Part shown: piece by piece, positions 53,356 through 63,262 of the stretch
Numbering within the stretch: the first letter of the stretch is position 1
Layout of the letters: every line of letters begins with the position of its first letter
NCBI GenBank assembly: GCA_963765495.1
Contig: CAVXWP010000010.1
Coordinates: 1 to 64,000 of the forward strand
DNA: 64,000 nucleotides
DNA from: Blastocatellia bacterium
Lineage (GTDB): Bacteria > Acidobacteriota > Blastocatellia > UBA7656
Reading direction: 5' to 3'
Notes under the pieces: model-generated
Database searches by the model: none
The model's input: only the letters and a program-made list of their open reading frames with translations
What the model was told of the DNA's origin: nothing
Made by a program: the position numbers and the translations under genes

Positions 53356-55698
53356 ATGAAAAAATCTCTACGTATTCTCCATCTTGAAGACAACCCGCTC
53401 GACGGCGAGCTTATATACGAATCGCTCGAAGAATCGGGTGTTATGTGCGAGTTGCTTCGCGTGGAGACCCGCGACGATTTTATCTCTGCGCTCGAGCGAG
53501 GCGGATTTGACCTGATACTTGCCGATTATACCCTTCCCGCCTTCGATGGTATTACGGGGCTTAGTATCGCTCGACGCATGCGCCCCGAGGTCCCGTTTAT
53601 CTTTGTCTCGGGCTCACTCGGCGAAGAGGTAGCGATTGAGACGATGAGGTGTGGCGCTACGGATTACGTTCTCAAGAATCGGCTGTCGAGGCTCGTGCCG
53701 TCGGTGCGCCGCGCTCTTGACGAGATCAAACAGCAGGAAGAGCAAAGGCGCGCCGAGAGACAAATTCTCTTTCAGGCGTCACTGCTCGATCAGGTGCGCA
53801 ACGGCATTATAGCGACCGACGCCGACGGCAAAATAATCTACTGGAACAAATTCGCAGAGACTCTTTTCCAGTGGAAGGCCGAAGAAGTAAGGGGCAAAAA
53901 CATGAGAGAGATAATCGGCTCCGGCAAAGATAATGATATGGCAGAGCAGATATCGATTCAGCTCGATAAAACCGGGTACTGGGAGGGAGAGCTTGAGGTA
54001 AGACGACGCGACGGAGATATATTTCCGGTCTATGTAGTCAATTCAGTGATAAATAATGGGATCAGCGAAGGCATCGTAGGCATTTCCATAGACATCACGG
54101 AACGCAAGAGGGCCGAAGATGCGCTCAGGGAAAGTGAAACCCGGTTTCGCATGCTGGCAGATACGGTCCCGGTCCTGATCTGGTTATGCGGCCCCGATAA
54201 TCATCGCACCTATTTCAACAAAGTCTGGCTGGAGTTCACCGGGCGAACTATGAAGGAGGAGACAGGTCGGGGCTGGGTTGAAGGCATACACCCCGCCGAC
54301 CGGCAGGATTATTTGGACATCATCAATTCCAACTTCGAGGCGCGGGAGCCTTATCAGAGTGAATACAGGCTCAGACGCTTTGACGGAGAATATCGTCTGG
54401 TTCTGGCTACGGGTGTTCCGCGTTTTACGCCCGGCGGTGAGTTCGCCGGTTATGTAGGCTCGTGTATAGATATTACCGAGCGCAAACAGCTTGAAGAGCA
54501 ACTGCGTCAGGCACAAAAGATGGAGGCCATCGGGAGGCTGGCCGGTGGAGTGGCGCACGATTTCAACAACCTGTTGACGGCTATCATAGGGTACAGCCAG
54601 ATACTGATAGAACGTTTCATCAAAAATGGCTGGGAGAGTAAAGAGATCGAAGAGATTGAAAAGTCAGGAAGGCGGGCCGCCACCCTGACAAGTCAACTGC
54701 TTGCCTTCAGCCGCAGGCAGGCGCTTCAACCAAAAATGCTCAGCCTTAATACGGTCGTCGCCGACATGGAGAATATTCTGCGAAGAGTCATCGGCGAAGA
54801 CATTGATCTGCTGACTATCCTCAAACCCGAACTGCATTACGTCAAAGCCGATCCCGGTCAGATGGAACAGATCATTATGAACCTTGCCGTGAATGCGCGC
54901 GACGCTATGGCGGAAGGCGGCAAGCTTGTGATCGAGACAGGCAATGTCGATCTGGATGCGAGCTACGGACGTGACCACCTCGATGTAACGTCCGGCCCCT
55001 ACGCGATGATGGCTGTGACCGACACGGGCTGCGGGATGGATAACGATGTGCGGGCCAGGATATTCGATCCTTTCTTTACGACCAAAGAGGTAGGCAAGGG
55101 GACCGGGCTCGGTCTTTCAACCGTGTACGGAATCGTGAAGCAGAGCGGCGGGCACATCTGGGTCTATAGCGAGCCGGGACAGGGCTCAACCTTCAAGATA
55201 TATCTGCCCAGGTTTGCGGATGTATTTGACGTAGAGACCCGATTCGCAAACACAGAGACCTTGCCCCGAGGGACGGAAACGATACTGCTGGTCGAAGATG
55301 ATTTGTCGGTTCAAGGAGTCGCGGCCCGTGTGCTGAACGAACAGGGATACACCGTGCTGCTGGCTTCAAACGGCGAAGAGGCTTTGCAGATTGCCGAAGA
55401 GCACGCCGACTCTGAGATTCACCTCCTGCTTTCGGATGTCGTGATGCCTCAGATGAGCGGTAAGACGCTGGCCTCGCACCTCAAGCGTTTGCGACCAGGA
55501 ATCTGTGTTATATTCACTTCGGGTTATACAGACGATGCCATAATATTTAATGGTGTATTGGATGCGGATTTGGCTTTTCTTCAAAAGCCGTTTACGCCGC
55601 GCTCGCTTTCGCGGAAAGTTCGCGAAGTATTGGATTCGCCCAGACAGGGCAGCGCGTCGCCAGATGTCAAAAATCCCCAAGACGAATCCTCATACTGA
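53356..55698 (+). CDS. Hybrid kinase REC-PAS-PAS-HisKA-HATPase-REC
   Basis: GVAHDFNNLL, NARDAM, PFFTTK, GTGLGL; two receiver domains. Confidence 0.95.
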   Translation: MKKSLRILHLEDNPLDGELIYESLEESGVMCELLRVETRDDFISALERGGFDLILADYTLPAFDGITGLSIARRMRPEVPFIFVSGSLGEEVAIETMRCGATDYVLKNRLSRLVPSVRRALDEIKQQEEQRRAERQILFQASLLDQVRNGIIATDADGKIIYWNKFAETLFQWKAEEVRGKNMREIIGSGKDNDMAEQISIQLDKTGYWEGELEVRRRDGDIFPVYVVNSVINNGISEGIVGISIDITERKRAEDALRESETRFRMLADTVPVLIWLCGPDNHRTYFNKVWLEFTGRTMKEETGRGWVEGIHPADRQDYLDIINSNFEAREPYQSEYRLRRFDGEYRLVLATGVPRFTPGGEFAGYVGSCIDITERKQLEEQLRQAQKMEAIGRLAGGVAHDFNNLLTAIIGYSQILIERFIKNGWESKEIEEIEKSGRRAATLTSQLLAFSRRQALQPKMLSLNTVVADMENILRRVIGEDIDLLTILKPELHYVKADPGQMEQIIMNLAVNARDAMAEGGKLVIETGNVDLDASYGRDHLDVTSGPYAMMAVTDTGCGMDNDVRARIFDPFFTTKEVGKGTGLGLSTVYGIVKQSGGHIWVYSEPGQGSTFKIYLPRFADVFDVETRFANTETLPRGTETILLVEDDLSVQGVAARVLNEQGYTVLLASNGEEALQIAEEHADSEIHLLLSDVVMPQMSGKTLASHLKRLRPGICVIFTSGYTDDAIIFNGVLDADLAFLQKPFTPRSLSRKVREVLDSPRQGSASPDVKNPQDESSY

Positions 55699-55825
55699 TA
55701 TTTGCCGCCCTCGATCCTCACGTCATCTCTTTGAAAGCATCCGGCCAGGCTGGCATGTCTGGAACGTTGGACGGTCTTAAGGTCGGGTCTTGATGTAGGC
55801 TCTGAGAGTTCCAGCTTATTTCGGA

Positions 55826-56113
55826 TTATGATTGAAAACTGACCCCGACAATGTATCCGTCTTCGACGGCTTCTGCCCATCTGATAACGGCCCAGGAAGA
55901 CCCGGATGGCCCCCCAACATTCAAGCTCAACCTGATTTTCTGGCCGATAGGAATGGCTGTCCTGGTCTTAAGCCCGGCTCCGGTGTTGCTGATCGAAAAG
56001 GTGTGAGCGTTTTCGATGACTTCCTGGTCGGAAACATCCGTCCAGCATAGAGTCGCCTGGAACCGCACACTGACTCTGGGTTCTTTGCGCTTGTCTTTTA
56101 GGGGGTATGACAT
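55826..56113 (-). CDS. Stand-alone PilZ-domain protein
   Basis: RKEPR and SISNTG motifs, C-terminal GVSF. Confidence 0.8.
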   Translation of the reverse strand: MSYPLKDKRKEPRVSVRFQATLCWTDVSDQEVIENAHTFSISNTGAGLKTRTAIPIGQKIRLSLNVGGPSGSSWAVIRWAEAVEDGYIVGVSFQS

Positions 56114-56447
56114 CCTGAGTTTTCGACCTGCTCTGCTATTCCACCTCCTTATCTATAGAAGCATGCTTCGCTCAGGAATCGAACGATTTCTGAGATTTAC
56201 TGCTCGCATCATAAAGACCTGAGGTGATCAAGAGTTTTATCATCAAGCTACAGGCCCGTCAATTACCCGTTCGGGGCCGTAAGAATTCTCGATCAATACC
56301 GCATCCGGGAATTAACCTTACACTTATCCGCCTGCCCCCCGGCTTTCGATTGGATAAGTATTGGCCTGCTAACGAGAACGAAACAAGAATAAGCGATACG
56401 TGTGTGGAGAAGATCGGTAAAGCTCCAAAGGCTTTGATCAAGCGGCG

Positions 56448-57497
56448 TCAATGTTTGAATGACTGGTAGCCGTCCTTATAGCTGACCGATAATCTGCCAA
56501 GCCCCTTGGGCGATCTTATTTTGATCTTCACTTTATGCCATCTGGCTTCGCTGCTCGCATCGGTTGGATAAAAGCCTATGGCGTACTGGTTGCGAAGTTC
56601 GAGCGCTATTCGCGTGCAGATTTCCATAAGCTCCGGCTCGTTATAGCCCATCGGGAAAAAGGCGCGCCCGCCCGTCGTGCGAGCTATCTCTTCAAGCAGC
56701 GACCGACCGTAGGCCGCCAGCGAATCCTGATAAGGGTCGGTGATGCCTATGACATAAACTATGACATCGGACTCCTTGAGGCGGTTGCGAAGTTCTTTAT
56801 AGGTATAGCGGCTGTTGTTATCCTGCCCGTCTGAGATTATCAGCAGAGCCTTTTTCGGGTGGCGTCCCTGTTTCACTTTCTCCACCGCAAGATAGGCCGC
56901 ATCATACAGCGCCGTCGATTTTCTTGCGTCTACAAGCATCAATCGGCTGACAAGCTGATCTACGGAAGTCGTGAAATCCTGTACGAGGCTTGCGCGCTCG
57001 TTGAAGGCTATCAAAAAGAAATCATCGTCCTGATGGGCTGTTTCGAAGAATCTGGTAAGCGCGCGAATCGAGCGGTCAAGACGCGATTTCATCGACCCTG
57101 AAACGTCATAAACTACTCCGAGCGAGACGGGCGCGTCGGCGTCGGAGAAGAAGTCAATCTGTTGTTTTACTTTATCGTCATAGATCTCGAAATGCTCGGG
57201 CCGCAATCCGGTGACGAATCTCCCGTGGGTGTCAGTCACCGTGACGTTCATATTGACAAGGTTTGTGCCGAGTACGATCTTGTCTTTACCCTGATTCTGC
57301 TTTTCGGCTATGAGCCCGACGGGGCGTCGAGTCTTTGCCTCGGCTTCATCCCCGGTCGTGTTATCGGCTCTCAAGGCCGCCGCCTGAGCATTTTTACTCT
57401 CGCTTCCTCTCTGTTGTTGAAATCTGGCGACACCTATCGCAGGCAGCGCCGTGGCAATGAGAATTGCCAGCACTACATGGGTAATTCTGTTTCCCAT
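56448..57497 (-). CDS. Acidobacterial VWA-domain exported protein
   Basis: VTVTD..GRFVTGL, DVSGSM, TALYDA, ISDGQD, TGGRAF. Confidence 0.9.
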   Translation of the reverse strand: MGNRITHVVLAILIATALPAIGVARFQQQRGSESKNAQAAALRADNTTGDEAEAKTRRPVGLIAEKQNQGKDKIVLGTNLVNMNVTVTDTHGRFVTGLRPEHFEIYDDKVKQQIDFFSDADAPVSLGVVYDVSGSMKSRLDRSIRALTRFFETAHQDDDFFLIAFNERASLVQDFTTSVDQLVSRLMLVDARKSTALYDAAYLAVEKVKQGRHPKKALLIISDGQDNNSRYTYKELRNRLKESDVIVYVIGITDPYQDSLAAYGRSLLEEIARTTGGRAFFPMGYNEPELMEICTRIALELRNQYAIGFYPTDASSEARWHKVKIKIRSPKGLGRLSVSYKDGYQSFKH

Positions 57498-57781
57498 TGG
57501 AATACCTCTTGTTCTTATCTGTGAGCAACGACTCTCTGCTCAGAATTAGTATTCAAATACAAGCGATGTCTTCTTTGGATGCAACTTCTATGCTACTGCT
57601 ATGCTATCATTTCAGACAGATATATGCAAAAAACTGAGGCTTTTGCCTACAATTCTGGGACCCGGCTGAGACATAAGTGCGTAGCGGGGCAAACAATCCG
57701 GTCACGGATGTAAGAGATTCACTCACCTTTCACCTGGAAGAATCTGCCGAGAATCGAATGCGGAAGGCAACGCCATTTGGC

Positions 57782-57883
57782 TCTCAGGATAATTCTTAGA
57801 GCACATTGCGACTTTGCGTCTTTGAAACTACCTGTGGCTTCGCAAGTCGCAAAACCGCAAAGCTCGCTAAGAGGTTCCTGAGA
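57782..57883. repeat. CGCAAAG-type imperfect inverted repeat
   Basis: TCTCAGGA..TTGCGACTTTGCG ... CGCAAGTCGCAAAACCGCAAAG..TCCTGAGA. Confidence 0.55.
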
Positions 57884-57903
57884 ATTATATGGCCCCGGTT
57901 ATG

Positions 57904-58044
57904 CAGGGCCATTCAGTTTTCCAAAATGTAGAATTGGAAAATAGAAATAGGCCGTCCCGGCCTATTCCCACTCGCCTTTCGTTCGAATTAACCTGCAAAA
58001 ATTTTGTCGCATACAGCCCGCAAGTCAAAAACTGAATGGCCCTG
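57904..58044. mobile_element. MITE with CAGGG termini (ISAs1-like ends)
   Basis: Perfect 17-bp TIR CAGGGCCATTCAGTTTT; 9-bp duplication CCGGTTATG at 57895-57903 and 58045-58053. Confidence 0.9.
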
Positions 58045-58436
58045 CCGGTTATGGCCCTGGCTCGCCCCGGCTTTATTCATTGTGCTTGCACTGGTTTGCT
58101 ATTGTTGATATACTCCGGCTCCCGACTTTTTGCAGAGAGTAAAACATTGAGCCGTTGAAAGATAGCCTAAGAGTCCGGCGCGAATATCCGGCGCAAAAAT
58201 TTTGCAAATTTAACATAGTCAGTTCCGCTCGCATAAAGGCACAATGTTTTATTTCCAACCATAAATGATCGGGTCTGCCGGAGTGAGGTTCGGCTTTTCA
58301 GAGCAGGATGACAGTTGGCCTTTTGCCCCTCGGGTGTGTATTTCCCTGAAGGCAAGCCTTAAGTAATTTCATTCTGCCACGGCAATCAGTCAAGCAGTAC
58401 GGTCGTGGGGATCAAGCTCTTCAGAGGTTTGTACGG

Positions 58437-61400
58437 ATGGCTCGTGTAGTGTTTTTGTCTTGCGCTATAGTATTTCTTCTCATCACATCCACAATTCCCG
58501 GGCATACGAGTTCCGGCAGTTCCACGGCTGATTTAAAGCCTCAAACTTTAAAGTCTGCCGCGATCACAGGTGATTATTCCCTTGTCCTTGTTGATGCCGG
58601 CTCAAGGGAGGAACTTGATGAGGCAGACGAATTTATTCAGGCGCAGGGAGGAAAGGTAGCTTTCGTTTTTCCACCTCATGCCATCCTGGGAACCATATCG
58701 CCCGATGTGAGCGCGAAGATAATAGGCCAGCATAAGATACGCTCGATTTATCATTCCACCATCGGACCGGGGACGACCGGCTATACCGACCGCGAGACTC
58801 TGAGCGCCATAGGTCTATTCAATGAAATGATCTCAGGCTCTTTGGCCTCTCGTATCACGAATCAGGCTAAAAAGGCGACCGGGCCGGGGACCGATCTTCC
58901 TCCCCTGATAGACGACTCTCTTCCCCATCAGAAAGCGGATCAATCCGATATGATTCGCAATCTCCGCTCGATGGGCGCACATTCATCCGTAGCAAAATTT
59001 CAATCCAATATACAGCCTCAGTTTTTCAGCAACAGCGATTCTATGGACGGCAAGGTAGCCGTCGCCGTCTTCTTTATGGAGAGCAACGGCGGGGTAGACC
59101 CTAATCTTTATTCGTGGAGCGAAGAGGATAAAAACTACGCTTACCAGCAGGTTGTACAGGGATTGAACTGGTGGGTCGAGCAATCGAGCGCGTTCAATCT
59201 TGGGCGACCGCTACAATTCATCATCGTCCCGTTTTATCCCGACAATCCGGTCTGCCAGCAACCCTACGAACCGATACTCCACCCGGCAAGCGATGCCAAT
59301 CTCTGGCTCGATCGCATCATGAGCAACGTGGGCTCAAACTCAGGCACAATCTATTCTCGCATCGCGGCCTTCGACCGCCAGATCAGAGATCAGAATAATG
59401 CCAACTGGGCTTATTCGATCTTTATCTCTTACAACCCGTCTCCGGTTCGCACTTCCTTCACCGACGGGCGCGCTTCGTGGGCCTACATAGGAGGGCCGCA
59501 CGCAAACGTCCTGTTCCGAAGCTTCGGCTGGGATCTGGCTCGAATCGTCACTCACGAAACGGGACATATATTTTACGCCTGCGATGAATACTACCAGCCG
59601 GGGTATCAGACTTGCAGTTGCACGTGCGCACCCGAAATCAGACCGGCCGCTCAGAATCATAATTGCCAGGATGCCAGTTGCACATTCAATTCCGTGCCCT
59701 GCATGATGCGCCTCAACGAATTCGGGCTATGCCCCTACACGGTGGCCCAGATAGGCTGGACCGGAACCGTTCAACCTCCTGCGCCCACAGCGCCGGAGAG
59801 CCTTGTTGCCACTGCCGCATCGCCCACCCAGGTGGACCTGATATGGCAGGACACTTCAAAGGGAACGCTTGGGGCGGCCAGCGGATTTATGATCGAACGC
59901 CGGGGCGGGTCAAGCGCCGAGTATTCTCAGATAGGAACCATCAGCGCCGCTTCCGCCAGCTTCAGCGACACGACCGTGCTGCCAAACACCGCTTACGCGT
60001 ATCACGTGCGGGCTTTTAACAACACGGGCGAATCTGACTTCTCCAACGAAACTACGGTCATTACACCAGTGACCGCATCCGCGCTGTCGGTGAGTACCGA
60101 CTCTCTGCCCGATGCAGTCGTAGGCGTACCCTATGACCGGACTCTTTCCGTAAACGGCGGCAAACCCGATTACAGGTGGACGATTGAAAGCGGTTCCCTG
60201 CCCTCCGGGTTTTCTCTTTCGCAAAACGGCGACATCTCCGGCACACCGACTACTGCGGGCACAAGCAATTTCGCCGTGCGGGTGACGGACGGCGATAACA
60301 GTTCGGCAACAAAACCGCTCTCTCTTGTCGTCAAACCGGCAGCCCCTCTCTCTTTGACGACGACCTCGCTGCCCAAAGCAAGCGTAGGCACGACCTACAG
60401 CCAGAACCTCGGCGCGAAAGGCGGGCAAACGCCTTATAACTGGGCCGTTCAATCGGGCAATCTACCCGATGGACTGATTCTCAACCAGACAACCGGGGCC
60501 ATCTCCGGCATACCCGAACGCGCGGGAAGTTCGAGTTTCGTTGTCACGGTAACCGATCAGACTGCGACAAGCGTCAGCGCGACTCTTTCCATACTGGTAA
60601 ATCCGGGCATAAACGAACTCACTTTCGATACGGAGTCGCTGCCTGATGGTGTTGTAGGGCAAGCTTATTCGCGTTCATTGAAAGCCTCGGGCGGCAACAG
60701 CCCCTATCTCTGGGAGATAAAACGGGGGGCGTTGCCTCAAGGGCTCGCGCTTTCCCAGGCCGGAGCTATCGAAGGCAAACCACAGGTTTCCGGCGAAGTC
60801 GAATTCGACATACAGGTATCGGACCAGAGCGGACAGTCGGCCGTCAGGACCCTTTCGATAGATGTTGACCCGTCTCCTGAGTTGACCATTGTCAGTCCAA
60901 CCGCGCCGCCTCAGGCTGCCTTAGGCGTTCCCTACAGCGTGGATTTCTCGGCGACAGCCGGGCAGCAACCATACAAATGGCTCAAGAAGAACAAAGCAAA
61001 ATTCGGGACGCTGCCCGACGGTCTCAGTCTGTCGAAAGAGGGCAGGCTTTCAGGCACGCCTACGCGTGAAGGCACGTTCGATTTCACCATCATGGTGAAA
61101 GATGCCGGTGGCAAGAGGGCCACCAGACCGCTGACTATCGAAGTAGGACCGCCGCCGCCGCCGCTTGCCGTAAAGACTACATCACTTCCGAGCGCATTGC
61201 GCGACCTGCCCTATAACTCTTTACTTGAAGCTACGGGCGGGCTCACACCCTACACATGGGCAATCGAATCGGGCATTCTGCCCGACGGGTTGACCATGAC
61301 GAGTGCCGGTGTAATTTCAGGCACTCCGACCACAATAGGAAGCACGACCTTCACCGTTCGGGTGCAGGATTCGATAGGAACCACGAGCCTCCAAACTCTC

Positions 61401-63110
61401 TTTATAACCGTGACCCAGCCGCCGCCGCCGCTTGTGATACTGACGACGCATCTGCCGGAGACGACCGCCGATCAGGGTTATTCCCAGACGCTTTCGGCGG
61501 CGGGCGGAGTGCCTCCCTACACCTGGACCATCGCGAGTGGCAGCCTGGGCCAGGGATTGAACCTCTCGGCGGCGGGCGTTATTTCAGGCATAGCCGCAAA
61601 TGCGGGCACAAGCGTCTTCGTAGTGCGCGTGACAGATTCGGCGCAACAGACCGTTCAACGCACGCTGGCAATCGAGATCAAACCGGCTGATAAACTCGCG
61701 CCGTTTGGAAATATTGAGACACCCGATTCGCGCGCAACGCTCAACCGCAACGCTACCGTGACAGGATGGGCGCTCGACAATGTGGGCATAGTCAAGGTAG
61801 AGATACTGGTTGACGGCACGAAGATGGGCGAAGCCATCTACGGGTTGCTGAGACCGGACATCGCCCTCGTATGGGGAAGTTTCCCCAAGGCAAATCTGTC
61901 GGGCTTCTCCTTTACATTTGACACCACGGTGTTGCCAAACGGCAGTCACACGCTTGTTGCCCGCGCGCTTGATCAGGCAGGCAATGCAACACTGATCGGT
62001 TCGCGCACGGTTCAAACGCAAAATCAGGTTCTGGTAATAACGACAGGCGATATCCCCAAAGGGAAAAAGGGCGAGTTCTACAGCACACAGTTGAACGCAG
62101 CCAACGGCGTTCAGCCCTATACCTGGACGCTCAACTCCGGGGCGCTCCCGCAAGGGCTTTCGTTGAATGTATCAGGCAGGATTTCAGGAACGCCCCAGGT
62201 ATCGGGCAATTTCTCGGTAGGTGTGCGCGTATCAGATGCGGCTGGCGCGTCTGCCACCTCTGTTTACACGCTAGTTGTGCAACCGGACTTTATTCCATTA
62301 ACGATACTGGTTTCGGGCGATCTGGACCCCGGAGTCAAAGGCGAACCCTATTCCTTCCATCTTCTGTTCACAGGAGGCAGACCGCCCTACCTGTGGGGAG
62401 ACGGAACCGGCACGCTTCCGCCGGGGCTGTCACTCAACTACGAGACGGGTATAATAAGCGGCACGCCGACGCAGGTGGGCAACTTTACCTTTACAGTAAA
62501 GCTGAATGACTCCACGCCATCGACGATCACAAGCCAGCCGCTTCGAATAAGGATAGATCCGGGTCCGCTTACAATTCTGAGCGCCGGTGCCCTGACGGCA
62601 GCGACGGTTGGCGAGATTTATTCTCAACAGATTCAATTCTCAGGCGGAGTCGGTCCATATACCTGGAGCCTGCAAAGCGGAGCCCTGCCTGCGGGGCTTT
62701 CACTAAACACCTCGACGGGAGCCATTACGGGGACGCCGAGCGAAATCGGAACATCTACCTTCACGGTGAAGTTGACTGACTCCACATCGGCTTCGGTCAC
62801 ATCCACATCCCTGAGCATAACCGTTATGCCTGGCCTGTTGACAATTCTCACAAATGGTGAGTTGACACCGGGCACAATAGGAAAAATCTACACTTATACG
62901 CTCTTAGGGACGGGTGGAGTTCTCCCTTACACTTGGTCCATAGAGAGTGGAGCCTTGCCTTCGGGAGTAACACTTGACGGGGCCACGGGAGTGATTTCCG
63001 GCACGCCTGCCGAGGTAGGCACTTATACTTTCACAGTAAAGCTAACCGATTCGACCACAGCGACGACGACCTCCGGCCCGCTCACAATCAACGTCGGCGC
63101 ACCTGATTAG
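58437..63110 (+). CDS. Large secreted zinc metalloprotease with FN3 and about ten He_PIG/Ig repeats
   Basis: Signal peptide, HETGHIFYACDEY, FN3 (AYAYHVRAFN), repeated LP.G..G..Y...GG..PY.W....G.LP.GL.L...G.ISGTP. Confidence 0.88.
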   Translation: MARVVFLSCAIVFLLITSTIPGHTSSGSSTADLKPQTLKSAAITGDYSLVLVDAGSREELDEADEFIQAQGGKVAFVFPPHAILGTISPDVSAKIIGQHKIRSIYHSTIGPGTTGYTDRETLSAIGLFNEMISGSLASRITNQAKKATGPGTDLPPLIDDSLPHQKADQSDMIRNLRSMGAHSSVAKFQSNIQPQFFSNSDSMDGKVAVAVFFMESNGGVDPNLYSWSEEDKNYAYQQVVQGLNWWVEQSSAFNLGRPLQFIIVPFYPDNPVCQQPYEPILHPASDANLWLDRIMSNVGSNSGTIYSRIAAFDRQIRDQNNANWAYSIFISYNPSPVRTSFTDGRASWAYIGGPHANVLFRSFGWDLARIVTHETGHIFYACDEYYQPGYQTCSCTCAPEIRPAAQNHNCQDASCTFNSVPCMMRLNEFGLCPYTVAQIGWTGTVQPPAPTAPESLVATAASPTQVDLIWQDTSKGTLGAASGFMIERRGGSSAEYSQIGTISAASASFSDTTVLPNTAYAYHVRAFNNTGESDFSNETTVITPVTASALSVSTDSLPDAVVGVPYDRTLSVNGGKPDYRWTIESGSLPSGFSLSQNGDISGTPTTAGTSNFAVRVTDGDNSSATKPLSLVVKPAAPLSLTTTSLPKASVGTTYSQNLGAKGGQTPYNWAVQSGNLPDGLILNQTTGAISGIPERAGSSSFVVTVTDQTATSVSATLSILVNPGINELTFDTESLPDGVVGQAYSRSLKASGGNSPYLWEIKRGALPQGLALSQAGAIEGKPQVSGEVEFDIQVSDQSGQSAVRTLSIDVDPSPELTIVSPTAPPQAALGVPYSVDFSATAGQQPYKWLKKNKAKFGTLPDGLSLSKEGRLSGTPTREGTFDFTIMVKDAGGKRATRPLTIEVGPPPPPLAVKTTSLPSALRDLPYNSLLEATGGLTPYTWAIESGILPDGLTMTSAGVISGTPTTIGSTTFTVRVQDSIGTTSLQTLFITVTQPPPPLVILTTHLPETTADQGYSQTLSAAGGVPPYTWTIASGSLGQGLNLSAAGVISGIAANAGTSVFVVRVTDSAQQTVQRTLAIEIKPADKLAPFGNIETPDSRATLNRNATVTGWALDNVGIVKVEILVDGTKMGEAIYGLLRPDIALVWGSFPKANLSGFSFTFDTTVLPNGSHTLVARALDQAGNATLIGSRTVQTQNQVLVITTGDIPKGKKGEFYSTQLNAANGVQPYTWTLNSGALPQGLSLNVSGRISGTPQVSGNFSVGVRVSDAAGASATSVYTLVVQPDFIPLTILVSGDLDPGVKGEPYSFHLLFTGGRPPYLWGDGTGTLPPGLSLNYETGIISGTPTQVGNFTFTVKLNDSTPSTITSQPLRIRIDPGPLTILSAGALTAATVGEIYSQQIQFSGGVGPYTWSLQSGALPAGLSLNTSTGAITGTPSEIGTSTFTVKLTDSTSASVTSTSLSITVMPGLLTILTNGELTPGTIGKIYTYTLLGTGGVLPYTWSIESGALPSGVTLDGATGVISGTPAEVGTYTFTVKLTDSTTATTTSGPLTINVGAPD

Positions 63111-63262
63111 GCAGTAGGCAGTAGGCAGTTAGTTGACGATCAAGACCCAACCAAAAGGGCTGGAAGCAGCTAAGGATATGGATATGAATAGTTGGTTCCC
63201 GCCTCCGGCGCTTTCACTGAAAAATGAAACCTCAAATCTGGAAACTGCCTACTGCCTACTGC
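63111..63262. repeat. 20-bp inverted repeat made of GCAGTAG heptamers between convergent genes
   Basis: GCAGTAGGCAGTAGGCAGTT (63111-63130) / AACTGCCTACTGCCTACTGC (63243-63262). Confidence 0.85.
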
